Translations under genes and position numbers: made by a program
Shown: positions 9,541 to 19,938 of the stretch, piece by piece
How positions within the stretch are numbered: position 1 is the stretch's first letter
How the letters are laid out: each line of letters begins with the position of its first letter
Origin: an uncultured delta proteobacterium
Lineage (GTDB): Bacteria > Desulfobacterota > Desulfomonilia > UBA1062
Direction: 5' to 3'
DNA: 64,000 bases
Assembly: GCA_963798485.1 (NCBI GenBank)
Contig: CAWCTR010000014.1
Span: 96,001 to 160,000 of the forward strand
The notes under the pieces: generated by a model
Database searches by the model: none
Told to the model about the DNA's origin: nothing
The model's input: the letters and a program-made list of their open reading frames with translations, nothing else

Positions 9541-11400
9541 ATGGGCGGTGGGTACGCAGGAAAATTCTTACATGTTAATTTAACAAATGCGACCTGTTCT
9601 GATTTCATAATTGATGATGCCACATTGAAAAAATGCATCGGTGGAAGTTGTCTTGCCGCCAAGCTATTTCTCGACAGGTATCCACTTGATCTCGATCCCC
9701 TGGCCCCGGAAAACCCGTTCATGATCATGACAGGCCCTATGGTGGGCAGCGGATTCCCCGGCACATCAAGGTTCAGCATCTGTGCAAAATCCCCCCAGAC
9801 AGGGATATGGGGTGAGTCCGCCTGCGGGGGCACCTTCAGCCCGGATCTGAAACGCTCAGGATACGATGGTATCATAATAGAAGGAAAGGCGAATACCCCC
9901 GTGTACCTATCCATAACGGATGATGGTGCGCAGATCATGGATGCATCGCATTTGTGGGGCAAGGACATCTACGAAGCCACGGACATCCTCAAGGCACCGG
10001 ACAAATCGCTCAAGATCCTTGCTATCGGGCCTGCCGGTGAGAATCTTGTAAAGATAGCCGCCATCGGAAATGACAAGGGCCATTTCAGCGGAAGGACAGG
10101 CCTCGGCGCCGTCATGGGCTCCAAAAACCTGAAGGCCATCATTGTGAAGGGCTCCAAAAAGCTCACCAAGGCCGATGAAGAGAAGTATAAACAGTACTTG
10201 AAGGAAGCCATGCAGGAGGTGAAAGACTCGGCCCTTGCAGACGGTATCCACCAGATGGGGTCCGACGCCAACATGGACCTCGGCATGATCTCGGGTGATG
10301 TTCCGGTCAAGAACTGGACCGTGGGCGAGGACTTCATGCTCTCATCCAGCCTGAGCGGACCGACCATGAAGGAAAAATATCTCACCAAGGCCCATGCATG
10401 CTCGAACTGCCCGGTTGCCTGCAAAAGGGTGGTCAAGGTGGACGAAGGCCCCTTCAAAACTGATGAAGGTCCCGGGCCTGAATATGAAACATGCGGCACC
10501 TTCGGCACCATGATGATGAACCCAGATCTGGCAGCCGTGATCAAGGCCAATGAGCTCTGCAACAAGTACGGCATGGACACTATCAGCTGCGGTTCGGCTA
10601 TTGCCCTGGCCATGGAGCTTTATGAAAAGGGCATTATTACAAAAGACGACCTGGGTGGGCTCGATCTCACCTGGGGAAACATGGATGCAGCGATTGCATT
10701 GATCAAGAAGATCGCATACCGGGAGGGTTTCGGTGATATCCTGGCCGAAGGGAGCGTGAAGGCAGCCCTTAAGATAGGCAAAGGTGCCATTGATTTAGTA
10801 GTCTCGGTCAAGGGCCTTGAGGCCCCCATGCACGACCCCAGGGGTTTCCACGGTATGGGACTTGCCTACATGATGTCAAACAGGGGGGCCTGTCACCTCC
10901 AGCATGCAGTACTCGCAACAGAGCAAGGCATGGCCTCATGGCCGCAGCTCTTCGACATGAAAGACGACTACGTGGGCACCACCAGCGTCGGCAAGGCAGC
11001 GCTTGTATACAATTCCGAGAACTACGGCATCCTGGGGAATTCGCTCGCTATCTGCCACTATCTCATCGATATATTAAAACCCGAGACCATCCTGGGAGCC
11101 TTCAATGCCATCACCGGTTGGGACCTGAGTCAAAAGGACCTTCTCAAGGCCGGCATGAGGGACTGGACACTGAAACGCGGATTCAACAACCTGCTGGGCA
11201 TCACCGTGAAAGACGACAAGCTCCCCAAGAAGCTCCTGACTGCCCTCGAAGAGGGTGGGGGTGCAGGTTCCGTACCTGATGTCGAGCTTCTCCTGAAAGA
11301 GTATTATGCGCTACGCGGCCTCGACGAGAGGGGCTACCCAAAGATAGAGATGCTTACCGAGCTTGGCCTGGATGAACTTAAGAACAGACTCTATACATAA
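9541..11400 (+). CDS. aor: Aldehyde:ferredoxin oxidoreductase (W/Mo-pterin AOR family)
   Basis: KSPQTG, IGPAGEN, GRTGLGAVMGSKNLKA, CSNCPVAC, PEYET, GMDTIS, HDPR, RGACH. Confidence 0.93.
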   Translation: MGGGYAGKFLHVNLTNATCSDFIIDDATLKKCIGGSCLAAKLFLDRYPLDLDPLAPENPFMIMTGPMVGSGFPGTSRFSICAKSPQTGIWGESACGGTFSPDLKRSGYDGIIIEGKANTPVYLSITDDGAQIMDASHLWGKDIYEATDILKAPDKSLKILAIGPAGENLVKIAAIGNDKGHFSGRTGLGAVMGSKNLKAIIVKGSKKLTKADEEKYKQYLKEAMQEVKDSALADGIHQMGSDANMDLGMISGDVPVKNWTVGEDFMLSSSLSGPTMKEKYLTKAHACSNCPVACKRVVKVDEGPFKTDEGPGPEYETCGTFGTMMMNPDLAAVIKANELCNKYGMDTISCGSAIALAMELYEKGIITKDDLGGLDLTWGNMDAAIALIKKIAYREGFGDILAEGSVKAALKIGKGAIDLVVSVKGLEAPMHDPRGFHGMGLAYMMSNRGACHLQHAVLATEQGMASWPQLFDMKDDYVGTTSVGKAALVYNSENYGILGNSLAICHYLIDILKPETILGAFNAITGWDLSQKDLLKAGMRDWTLKRGFNNLLGITVKDDKLPKKLLTALEEGGGAGSVPDVELLLKEYYALRGLDERGYPKIEMLTELGLDELKNRLYT

Positions 11401-11430
11401 CACCTTAATCCTTAAGAGGAGGTATTTTTT

Positions 11431-11859
11431 ATGGCAAAAGTGAAGGCATTGACGCAGGAATGGATGGATGCATACAAGGCAGCGATCGTATCGGACCCTG
11501 ATTACAAGCAGATCGCCAAGGACTGGGAGGGGAGCGTTTCACTGATCGTGAATGCAGACCCATCCAAGGGAGTCCCCGAGCCTGTTTATCTCTTCCAGGA
11601 CTACTGGCACGGCGACGTGGGAGAGTTCATTGTGTGCGACAAGGCAAAGGCCGAGAGCGCAAAGTTCGTCATGACCGGCGACTATTCCCGCTGGAAGCAG
11701 GTAGCCCTCAAAGAGCTTGATGCCACCAAGGGACTCCTGCAGGGCAAGCTGAAGATGAAGGGTGACCTGCCTTATGTGGTGAGGAACATCAAGGTAGTCA
11801 ACAAGGTCGTCGATGTCCTTGGAAAGTTTGAAACACAATGGCCTGATGACCCTGCATGA
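11431..11859 (+). CDS. SCP2 sterol/acyl-CoA carrier domain protein
   Basis: EWMDAY, W.G, DATKGLLQGKLKMKGDL. Confidence 0.8.
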   Translation: MAKVKALTQEWMDAYKAAIVSDPDYKQIAKDWEGSVSLIVNADPSKGVPEPVYLFQDYWHGDVGEFIVCDKAKAESAKFVMTGDYSRWKQVALKELDATKGLLQGKLKMKGDLPYVVRNIKVVNKVVDVLGKFETQWPDDPA

Positions 11860-11876
11860 TTAATAAGGAGAGATAA

Positions 11877-13040
11877 ATGGCTTACGATTCAGATTTATCA
11901 TTCAATTATTTTGGACCGACGAAGATTATCTTCGGGGTGGATTCATCGAAAGATGTTGAAATCGAGATGAGCTATTTAGGAGGCGCAAAGGCTGTCGTTG
12001 TCACTGATCAGGGCATTATCAATGCAGGCCTCATCGATCACATCGTGAAGGCGCTGGGCAGCAAGTGCGTAGGTGTATTCAGCGATATTCCTCAGGACAC
12101 CGGGGTGGAGGTAGTGGATGCAGGCGCGTCCTTTGCCAAAAAGAACGGTGCAGATATCGTTGTCAGCGTAGGCGGAGGCAGTGTCATCGATACGGCCAAA
12201 GGCATGTGCATATTGCTTACTGAAGGCGGCAATCTGCGGGACTTCAATGGTGTCCAGCTGTTGTCAAGACCTCAGACTCCGCATGTTGTAATCCCCACTA
12301 CGGCAGGTACAGGCAGTGAAGTAACCAATGCCGCGGTTATCATGGATAAAGAGAGGGGCCAGAAGCGTCTGGTCGTTGAGAATTTCAACGTTCCAAGGCT
12401 TGCCATCCTTGACCCTAAGATGACGGTCAAACTGCCCAAGCTCATGACGGCAGGCACGGGCATGGATGCCATGACTCACGCAGTGGAGGCCCTGCATGTC
12501 ATACCGCATGAACCTATAACCGACGCCTTGGGCATCCATGCTATCCGGCTGCTCTTCCAATACCTGCCTGTATGTGTTGAGAACGGCACGGACCTCGTTG
12601 CCCGGGGTCAGGTACAGATCGCGGCCACTATTGCCGGATGGGCCTTTGGTATCGCGGGTGTGGGCAACGTGCATGCACTGGCCCACTCCATCGGGGCCGT
12701 TGCCCATGTGCCGCACGGCATTGCAAACGGCATCCTTCTGGCGGACTGTATGGAATTCAACCTAGAGAGCTGCCCCGATGCCTATGCCATGGTGGCCGAG
12801 GCCTTCGGGGTCCGCGATAAGGGCATGGATGACATGGATGCCGCCAAGGCAGCTATTGCCGCCATAAGAGAATTCACCAAGAAGATCTCGCACCCCCAGA
12901 GGCTCTCGGAGTGTAAGGTGAAAGAGGCCGATATCATAAAGGCTGCCGAGCTCAGCCTGAGCGACGGAGCCATCGTAAGCAACCCACGGCTCGTGCTCGA
13001 TGCATCCGAGGTACTCGAAATCTATAAAAAAGTACTCTAG
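11877..13040 (+). CDS. Iron-containing alcohol dehydrogenase
   Basis: GGGSVIDTAK, PTTAGTGSE, GMDAMTHAVE, HALAH, HGIAN. Confidence 0.93.
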   Translation: MAYDSDLSFNYFGPTKIIFGVDSSKDVEIEMSYLGGAKAVVVTDQGIINAGLIDHIVKALGSKCVGVFSDIPQDTGVEVVDAGASFAKKNGADIVVSVGGGSVIDTAKGMCILLTEGGNLRDFNGVQLLSRPQTPHVVIPTTAGTGSEVTNAAVIMDKERGQKRLVVENFNVPRLAILDPKMTVKLPKLMTAGTGMDAMTHAVEALHVIPHEPITDALGIHAIRLLFQYLPVCVENGTDLVARGQVQIAATIAGWAFGIAGVGNVHALAHSIGAVAHVPHGIANGILLADCMEFNLESCPDAYAMVAEAFGVRDKGMDDMDAAKAAIAAIREFTKKISHPQRLSECKVKEADIIKAAELSLSDGAIVSNPRLVLDASEVLEIYKKVL

Positions 13041-13047
13041 AATTCCA

Positions 13048-13079
13048 GGGAAGGGAGGCATATTGCCGCCCTTCCCTTT
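13048..13079 (+). terminator. GC-rich hairpin after adh (terminator or mRNA stabiliser inside the operon)
   Basis: GGGAAGGGAGGCA-TAT-TGCCGCCCTTCCC followed by TTT. Confidence 0.55.
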
Positions 13080-13109
13080 ACGATTCAACATCTCCAGGAG
13101 GTAATTATC

Positions 13110-13529
13110 ATGGCAGAAAATATCGTTGATAACCGCGCCGAAGAGGTGCCCTTTTCCTATGTAATCGCAGATCTCCTCTCGGGCAATCTCCAGCAGAAGC
13201 CCAAGAAGATGACTACATTCAATAACATGTTCGGCGTAGTGGCCCTGAACCTGCCGGATATAGAGGCAGCGGTAACGCTCATCTTCGCAGGTGGACGACT
13301 ACGGATCGAACCGGGTATCCTGGGCAAGCCCGACCTCATCATTAACTCCAGCTCTGAAAATATAATTTCGCTCAATGCCATCAACATCAAGTTCGGGCTT
13401 CCTTACTACTTCGACGAGGCTGGCAGGAATGTGCTTAAGCAGCTATTGAACGGCGACCTCAAGATAAAGGGCATGTTTCTCCACCCCATACTCCTTACAC
13501 GACTCACCAAGATCATGTCGGTGATGTGA
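13110..13529 (+). CDS. SCP2-like domain protein
   Basis: AVTLIFAGGRLRI, PDLII, LLNGDLKIKG. GGAGG RBS. Confidence 0.6.
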   Translation: MAENIVDNRAEEVPFSYVIADLLSGNLQQKPKKMTTFNNMFGVVALNLPDIEAAVTLIFAGGRLRIEPGILGKPDLIINSSSENIISLNAINIKFGLPYYFDEAGRNVLKQLLNGDLKIKGMFLHPILLTRLTKIMSVM

Positions 13530-13667
13530 GGTTGACTCCCCCTTGATAACTACAACACCTTTTCCATAAAGGCCTTGACCCTGCTGAAGAAATCCAAGGT
13601 AAAAGGGTAATGAAAGACAACAGGAACAGCGCGACAAAGATCACGTTGCCTGAATGCGGTTAGCGTC

Positions 13668-14480
13668 TTATTTCCAGGAAGTGATGTCATCCCCGAACCA
13701 CTTGATGGATATCTTCTTCATGGTGCCATCCTTGAACATGCCATCCAGGGTCTTCTGGATCTTGTCCTTAAGCTCGGCATCCTCTCTCCTGATGCCGATA
13801 CCAATGGGCTCAGAGAGGAGCGATTCCTTGAGGACCGAATATTTGCCATATTCGCCGGGCGTCTGCAACAGGTAGTAGCGGCCCACGAGTTCATCCACTG
13901 CCAGGACGTCGATCCTGCCGATCTTCAGGTCCATGAAGGCATCGGTGTTCTTATCATACTTTTTGATCTCCTTGAACTTCTTGTTCAGCTTCTTAAGGGC
14001 CTCTTCAGAGGTAGGGCCAAGCAGTACACCCACAATCGTTTCTTCATTGAGGTCTTTTAAGCCCTTAATCTTGTTGTTGCCCTTCTTTACCACGATGACC
14101 TGCTTCTCCATAATATAGGCCTTGGTGAAGGCGATCTTTTTTTCGCGCTCGGCAGTAATGGACATTGTTGACCAGATGATATCGAACTTCTTGGACTTCA
14201 ATGACAGGATGATGGTATCCCATACCGTCGGGAGGTGTTCTACCTTGATACCGAGCCTCTTTACCAGCTCCTTGGATGCATCGATGTCAAAGCCCACAAG
14301 CTCGTTCTTATCTTTGCGGAACTCCATTGGCGGGAAGGCATCATCAATACCTATAGTGAGTTTGCCTTCTTTCTTTACCCTCTCCCATGAACCATCGTCA
14401 GCTGCAAATAGGGTATTCGTAAACACAAAGGCCAAGGCTGCCGTTAATAGAACAGCCAATAATCCTTTCTTCATATACAT
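13668..14480 (-). CDS. Amino-acid ABC transporter substrate-binding protein (family 3), orphan
   Basis: Signal peptide, FPPMEF, GFDID, DLKIGRID, DGTMKKISIKWFG. Confidence 0.9.
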   Translation of the reverse strand: MYMKKGLLAVLLTAALAFVFTNTLFAADDGSWERVKKEGKLTIGIDDAFPPMEFRKDKNELVGFDIDASKELVKRLGIKVEHLPTVWDTIILSLKSKKFDIIWSTMSITAEREKKIAFTKAYIMEKQVIVVKKGNNKIKGLKDLNEETIVGVLLGPTSEEALKKLNKKFKEIKKYDKNTDAFMDLKIGRIDVLAVDELVGRYYLLQTPGEYGKYSVLKESLLSEPIGIGIRREDAELKDKIQKTLDGMFKDGTMKKISIKWFGDDITSWK

Positions 14481-14584
14481 TCCCCCTCAGATAATTGTGG
14501 TTTCTTCAACAGGACTATTTAATCACATATCAGGAAATTTCAAGAAGACATACATGAGAAGAGTTAACAGTGATCAGTAGGTGG

Positions 14585-15631
14585 TCACTCTTCAACTACA
14601 ATTGTGCCCGGATGTGTATCAATGATCTCGCCGATAATTGCCGCTTCTTCAACACCGCCTTCTCTAAGCTGTAAAACGAGCTTTCCGGCATCATCACCGG
14701 GCAGTACGATAAGCAGTCCGCCTGAGGTCTGGGGGTCGAACAGTGTTATTACAAGCTCATCACTGATACCTTGCTGGATATCAACCATCCTAGTCCTGAA
14801 TTCCCTGTTCCTGTATGCCCCCCCAGGAATCAACCCCATACGGGCATATTCCAGCGCTTCAGGAAAGACATGCACCAGCGTTGCATGGATTTTCATACCC
14901 ACATCAGTGCCCTCTATCATCTCGCATGCATGGCCCAGCAGGCCGAAGCCTGTAACATCGGTGCAGGCATGGACATTAAAGGATTCCATGACCTCTGCGG
15001 CTTTACGATTGAGGGTCTTCATTGATCGGACAGCCTTTTCCTCGGCTGCCTTGCTTGCCATGTCCGCCTTGATGGCCGTGCTGATAATCCCGCACCCCAA
15101 AGGCTTGGTGAGGATGACAGCATCACCCGGTATGCCCCCGGTATTTTTCAGGACCTTGTTTGGGTGGACCGTGCCGGTAACGGACAGGCCGTATTTGATC
15201 TCAGGGTCGTCCACACTGTGTCCTCCCACCAGAAGGACACCGGCCTCGACCATCTTGTCTGAGCCCCCCCGCAAGATCTCCTGCAAAATGGCAATGTCAA
15301 AAGTCTTTTCCGGGAAACAGATAATATTCATGGCAAGCAGCGGCCTGCCCCCCATGGCGTAGACATCGCTTAAGGCATTGGCCACTGCGATCTGGCCGAA
15401 ATCATAAGGATCGTCCACGATGGGGGTAAAGAAATCCAGGGTAAGGATCAAGGCCAGATCCTGGGCGATCCTGTACACCCCTGCGTCATCGGGTCTGTCC
15501 ATCCCGACGATTAGGTTCGGGTCATGCATGACCGCTATCGAGCGCAATGCCTTGTCCAGAAACTCCGGACCGAGCTTGCAGGCTCAACCAGCGCCGTGGA
15601 CGGTATTGGTAAGTTTCACCTTCTTGTCCAT
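14585..15631 (-). CDS. selD: Selenide, water dikinase; selenoprotein with in-frame UGA (Sec16)
   Basis: ATG 15631 after GGAGAG. MDKKVKLTNTVHGAG-U-ACKLGP with TGA at 15586-15584 in frame with the ORF. DDAGVY, DFFTP, DVYAMGG, TDVTGFGL, DPQTSGGL. Confidence 0.95.
15552..15583 (-). promoter_or_regulatory. Putative bacterial SECIS hairpin
   Basis: Immediately 3' of UGA: AAGCUC-GGUCCG-GAGUUU stem-loop with a G-containing loop. Confidence 0.6.
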
Positions 15632-15797
15632 TCTCTCTCCATTTTCACAGGCGCTATTCGCTTGATGAAATAAAATATCTTTCCTCGACCTACTGCCTAA
15701 ATCACTGCATCTAGTGCCTGTTTCTCAACCATCTATAACTCAAAATAAGAAATGTTTCCATTGATACCCTCAAATACCCAAGGTATGATGCAAAATC

Positions 15798-16727
15798 ATG
15801 AACCCCGACAAGTTCAGATTCATCACACTCCAGCAATTGGATGCCCTTGTGTGTCTTGTCGAGGAGCGGGGCTTCTCGAAGGCTGCCCGCAAGATGCTGC
15901 TTACCCAGCCTTCTCTGAGCAAACATATTAAAAACCTTGAGGACTTCACCTCGTGCCGACTCATCAACCGGGCCAAGTCCGGCATAAGCCTCACTACTGA
16001 GGGCTCCATCCTCTATGGGTACGCCAAGAGGATATTGCGGCTCAGGGACGAAGCCCGCGACAAGATCATCCTGGCAAAAGATACTGCGTCGGGCCTCATC
16101 TTTACCAGCGCCAGCACCATACCTGCTACATACCTGCTCCCGAGAGTCCTCACCACGCTAAGAAAAACATACCCGGAAATCAGGGTCCATTTATCTCCAG
16201 GCGACAGTGACAGTGTCATCCACATGGTGATTGACGGTCATGCCGAAATCGGGTTCATCGGGAAACCGGTTCACGATAAAAGGCTTCTGTCCGAGCCTGT
16301 CTGGTATGATGAGCTTATTCTTGTTGCTTGCAAAGGCCATCCTTGGGAGGCCTCTTGCGGGGTGAGTGTTTCAGAGCTGGCACAGGAACCCTTTATCATC
16401 AGGGAAAAGGGCTCAGGCACCATGTCTGTATTTGATGAATATCTTAAAAGCCAGAATGAAACCATGCTTTTGAATTTTCAGATCGTGAGCGAAATGGGCT
16501 CCACTGAGGCGGTTAAAGAGTCGGTCATAGCAGGCCTTGGTGTTTCCGTGCTTTCCATCCATGCCGTGAGGCGCGAGCTTACCCAGGGCATCCTGGTCCG
16601 TGTACCCCTTAAAGGCCCGAAGATCAGACGGCCCTTCTTTATGATCCGCAAGAAACAGTTCACCCCCCTGCCGCAGCACCTGCTGTTCATGGAAACGGCA
16701 AAGGCACATCAAAGCGATATCGCTTGA
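15798..16727 (+). CDS. LysR-family regulator (selenium-metabolism/CysL-like), divergent from selD
   Basis: GFSKAA..LTQPSLS..IKNLE HTH, ASTIP, REKGSGT, GSTEAVKESV. Confidence 0.88.
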   Translation: MNPDKFRFITLQQLDALVCLVEERGFSKAARKMLLTQPSLSKHIKNLEDFTSCRLINRAKSGISLTTEGSILYGYAKRILRLRDEARDKIILAKDTASGLIFTSASTIPATYLLPRVLTTLRKTYPEIRVHLSPGDSDSVIHMVIDGHAEIGFIGKPVHDKRLLSEPVWYDELILVACKGHPWEASCGVSVSELAQEPFIIREKGSGTMSVFDEYLKSQNETMLLNFQIVSEMGSTEAVKESVIAGLGVSVLSIHAVRRELTQGILVRVPLKGPKIRRPFFMIRKKQFTPLPQHLLFMETAKAHQSDIA

Positions 16728-16860
16728 CCTTCGAGACTTGCGGTGGTCCTACACCCCCATGCCTGCAGGTGATTATTTTACCCTTTCCGAAAAGATAGTG
16801 ATCTGGTAAGAAACCCGCTGAGCTTTAAAACTATCATCTCAAGATAAAGGTAAAACCAGT

Positions 16861-18012
16861 ATGTCATCAGACGTGATTTATGTTGATTATCAGGAACTTA
16901 AGCGATTCATGAGAGAGGGCTTTATCGCCCTGGGCGTCCCCGAGGCCGATGCCCGGATCTGTGCAACCGTTCTCATCGAGTCGGATCTAAGGGGCATCGA
17001 ATCCCACGGCATCGGAAGGTTCAAGATGTATGTGGACCGCATGAAGGACGGCATCATCAGCCCGGTTGACCGGCAGACCATTATCAAGGAAACCGATAAT
17101 ACAGCCCTCATTGATGGGGGTGACTCTCTGGGCCACATAGTGGCTCACAACGCCATGCAACTCGCCATCGACAAGGCCCGGAAAAATAACGTGGGCATAG
17201 TTGCGGTAAAAAACAGCACCCACTTCGGTATTACAGGCTACTATCCCACCATGGCTGTCAAGAACAACATGGTAGGTCTTGCCTTCTCCAATGCACGGCC
17301 CTCAGTGGCTCCCACGTTTGGTTTAGAGCCCATGATAGGTACAAACCCCATCAGTTTCGGCGCCCCCTGTGATGAGACATATCCCTTCCTGCTGGATATC
17401 GCCACATCAACCACCCAGCGCGGCAAGATAGAGGTCTATGCCCGTGAGGGCAAGCCGACGCCCAAAGGCCTCACCATTGATATGAATGGCAACGAGCCGA
17501 CCGACAGCAAGGCCCTGCTGAAGCTGTTCGTTGACGGCACTGCATCGCTCCTGCCATTAGGCGGCGCCGGTGAAGAGCTTGGTGGGCACAAAGGCTACGG
17601 CCTGGGTGTCATGGTGGAAATCCTGTGCGCGGCCTTCTCCGGCGGAAGCTTCGGCAAGGATTTGACCGGCTTTGACGGTGATAAGAGCGTCCCCCACCGG
17701 CTCGGCCACTTCTTTGTCGCCATCAATATCGAGAGCTTCGTGCCTGTCAAGGTCTTCAAGATGATCACCGGCTCCATTATGCGCGAGATCAGGTCTTCCG
17801 CCAAGGTCCCCGGCCAGGACAGGATCTTCCTTGCAGGCGAGAAGGAATTCGAGATGATCGAGCGCCGCAAGAAAGAGGGCGTTCCAATCAATAAATCACA
17901 GCAGGACATCATGATCGGGCTTAAAGATGAGCTTAAACTCGGGAGTTTTGACTTCCCTTTTTTCTCACATGACAGGGCTCCCATACAAAACGCTCAACAC
18001 CATACTTCGTGA
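16861..18012 (+). CDS. Ldh_2 family oxidoreductase (malate/sulfolactate dehydrogenase, ComC/YbiC-like)
   Basis: DLRGIESHG, NSTHFG, GTNPI, LDIATS, GGHKGYGL. Confidence 0.88.
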   Translation: MSSDVIYVDYQELKRFMREGFIALGVPEADARICATVLIESDLRGIESHGIGRFKMYVDRMKDGIISPVDRQTIIKETDNTALIDGGDSLGHIVAHNAMQLAIDKARKNNVGIVAVKNSTHFGITGYYPTMAVKNNMVGLAFSNARPSVAPTFGLEPMIGTNPISFGAPCDETYPFLLDIATSTTQRGKIEVYAREGKPTPKGLTIDMNGNEPTDSKALLKLFVDGTASLLPLGGAGEELGGHKGYGLGVMVEILCAAFSGGSFGKDLTGFDGDKSVPHRLGHFFVAINIESFVPVKVFKMITGSIMREIRSSAKVPGQDRIFLAGEKEFEMIERRKKEGVPINKSQQDIMIGLKDELKLGSFDFPFFSHDRAPIQNAQHHTS

Positions 18013-18880
18013 ACGCTTCGGCGTCCGTGTACAGAAGATCACCCTCGACGCGGGCCTGACATGCCCACACCGCGACTCTGACAAAAGAGGCGGCTGCATT
18101 TATTGCAATGCCCAAGGTTCCGGAACAGGTGCGCTAGGCCGTGGTATAGGCCTTAAGGAACAGATAGAAGAGCAGATGCAGGCCATGAAGAGGCGTTACA
18201 AGGCCCAGGCCTTTATCGCCTATTTCCAGTCCTTTTCCAACACCCATGCACCTCTTGATGAATTGAAATCCATTTTCAATACCATTCTCCCTTACCCTGA
18301 GATCAAGGGCCTTGCCATCGGGACCCGTCCCGATTGTATAGACGAAGACAAACTCAGCCTCATCGAATCATATACCCCTGAGCGCCTCATCTGGATGGAA
18401 TATGGACTCCAATCCGGCAACGATAAGACACTTTTACGCATCAACCGGGGTCATGATGTGAGGACGTTCATTGATGCAGTCACGCTTACCTCACGCTTCA
18501 ACCTGCGCCGGTGCGCCCATGTCATCATCGGGCTGCCGGGTGAAGGCATGGATGACTATCTTTCTACAGCCCGGCTCATATCCTCGCTCCCTATTACCGA
18601 CATCAAGCTCCATCTGCTCTATGTGGTCAGGGGCACACCTCTTGAGGCAATGTATAATCGTGGCGAATACACACCCCTGTCCCAAATGGAATACGCACGG
18701 GCAGTGACGCAATTCATCGCCCATCTCCGTGAAGACATCGTAATCCAGCGCATCACCGGCGACCCGCATGCCGATGAACTCATTGAGCCGAAATGGGCAC
18801 TGGACAAGGGCAAGGTGCGCCAGGCCATTCATGATGAGTTTGCCTCGTCGAGCATAATCCAGGGCTGTATGGTCGGATGA
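17969..18880 (+). CDS. TIGR01212/YhcC-family radical SAM protein
   Basis: DAGLTCPHRD..GGCIYC, YFQSFSNT, IGTRPDC, INRGH. Start moved to ATG 17969. Confidence 0.88.
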   Translation: MTGLPYKTLNTILRERFGVRVQKITLDAGLTCPHRDSDKRGGCIYCNAQGSGTGALGRGIGLKEQIEEQMQAMKRRYKAQAFIAYFQSFSNTHAPLDELKSIFNTILPYPEIKGLAIGTRPDCIDEDKLSLIESYTPERLIWMEYGLQSGNDKTLLRINRGHDVRTFIDAVTLTSRFNLRRCAHVIIGLPGEGMDDYLSTARLISSLPITDIKLHLLYVVRGTPLEAMYNRGEYTPLSQMEYARAVTQFIAHLREDIVIQRITGDPHADELIEPKWALDKGKVRQAIHDEFASSSIIQGCMVG

Positions 18881-18883
18881 GAT

Positions 18884-19831
18884 ATGCGGGCATACAATCT
18901 CGATTTTGACAAAGGCCTCTTCCTTGCCCCGCTCTCGGGCTATACGAGCTGGCCCATGAGGATGCTGTGCAGGGAGTACGGGGCAGAGCTCTGCTATACC
19001 GAGATGATCAGTGCCGCAGGCCTTATCCGGAACACGCAAAATACAGGGTCACTCCTGAAGAGACCGCCCGAAGATACCCCCCTGGTTGCCCAGATCTTCA
19101 CCAATTCTCCTGAAGATGCGGTTCATGCGGCCCACATGATTGAAGACCGGGGCTTTGACGGCATCGACATAAACATGGGCTGCCCGGTAAAGAAGGTGGT
19201 GTCCAAAGGCGCCGGCGTAGCGCTTATGGCCGAGCCGGATCTAGCTGTCCGCCTGGCCCAGACCGTGATCAGGAGCGTCAATATCCCGGTGAGCATCAAG
19301 ATGCGCGCCGGATGGGATGCAAGCTCGCTCAATGCCCCTGCCCTGGCCGAGGCCCTGGAATATGCAGGCGCAGACTCCATCATACTTCACCCCAGAACGC
19401 GCTTCGACATGTACCGTGGCAGGCCCAGGTGGGAGATCCTCAAGGAGGTGAAAAACCGCATCATGATCCCTGTTATCGCGAGCGGAGATATCCGCACACA
19501 AGATGATGTGAACATGCTCAAGGGTGTCGGTGCGGATGCCTTCATGATCGGCAGGGGGGCGATCGGAAGGCCGTGGATCTTCCGCGAGCTTAAAGGCGGC
19601 CCTGCCCCTACCATGAACGAACACAAGGAACTCATGCTCAGGCACCTGGACATGCTCTGCACCTGTCATGGGTCAAGGCCCGGTGTGCGTCATATGAGGA
19701 AGTTCCTCTCATCCTATGTAAAAGGACTGCGCGGCGCCGCCCATTTCCGTATGGAGGCTTGCCTCCTCGACAAGCCCGGCCGGATTGCACAGAAAATCGA
19801 GGAATACTTTGCAGGGATCGATGAAGGATGA
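18884..19831 (+). CDS. dusB: tRNA-dihydrouridine synthase (DusB family)
   Basis: LAPLSG, TEMIS, DINMGCP, KMRAGW, HPRT, SGDI, MIGRGAIGRPW. Confidence 0.85.
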   Translation: MRAYNLDFDKGLFLAPLSGYTSWPMRMLCREYGAELCYTEMISAAGLIRNTQNTGSLLKRPPEDTPLVAQIFTNSPEDAVHAAHMIEDRGFDGIDINMGCPVKKVVSKGAGVALMAEPDLAVRLAQTVIRSVNIPVSIKMRAGWDASSLNAPALAEALEYAGADSIILHPRTRFDMYRGRPRWEILKEVKNRIMIPVIASGDIRTQDDVNMLKGVGADAFMIGRGAIGRPWIFRELKGGPAPTMNEHKELMLRHLDMLCTCHGSRPGVRHMRKFLSSYVKGLRGAAHFRMEACLLDKPGRIAQKIEEYFAGIDEG

Positions 19832-19938
19832 GAGCATGGGAGTCCGAGGCTGAAGCCGTTAAAATAATTTTTAATCCATCCAGTGCTCCCGGCATGGCGT
19901 CTCCCTTCTTTGTCACGATTGTAAGCAATCTACTATTG

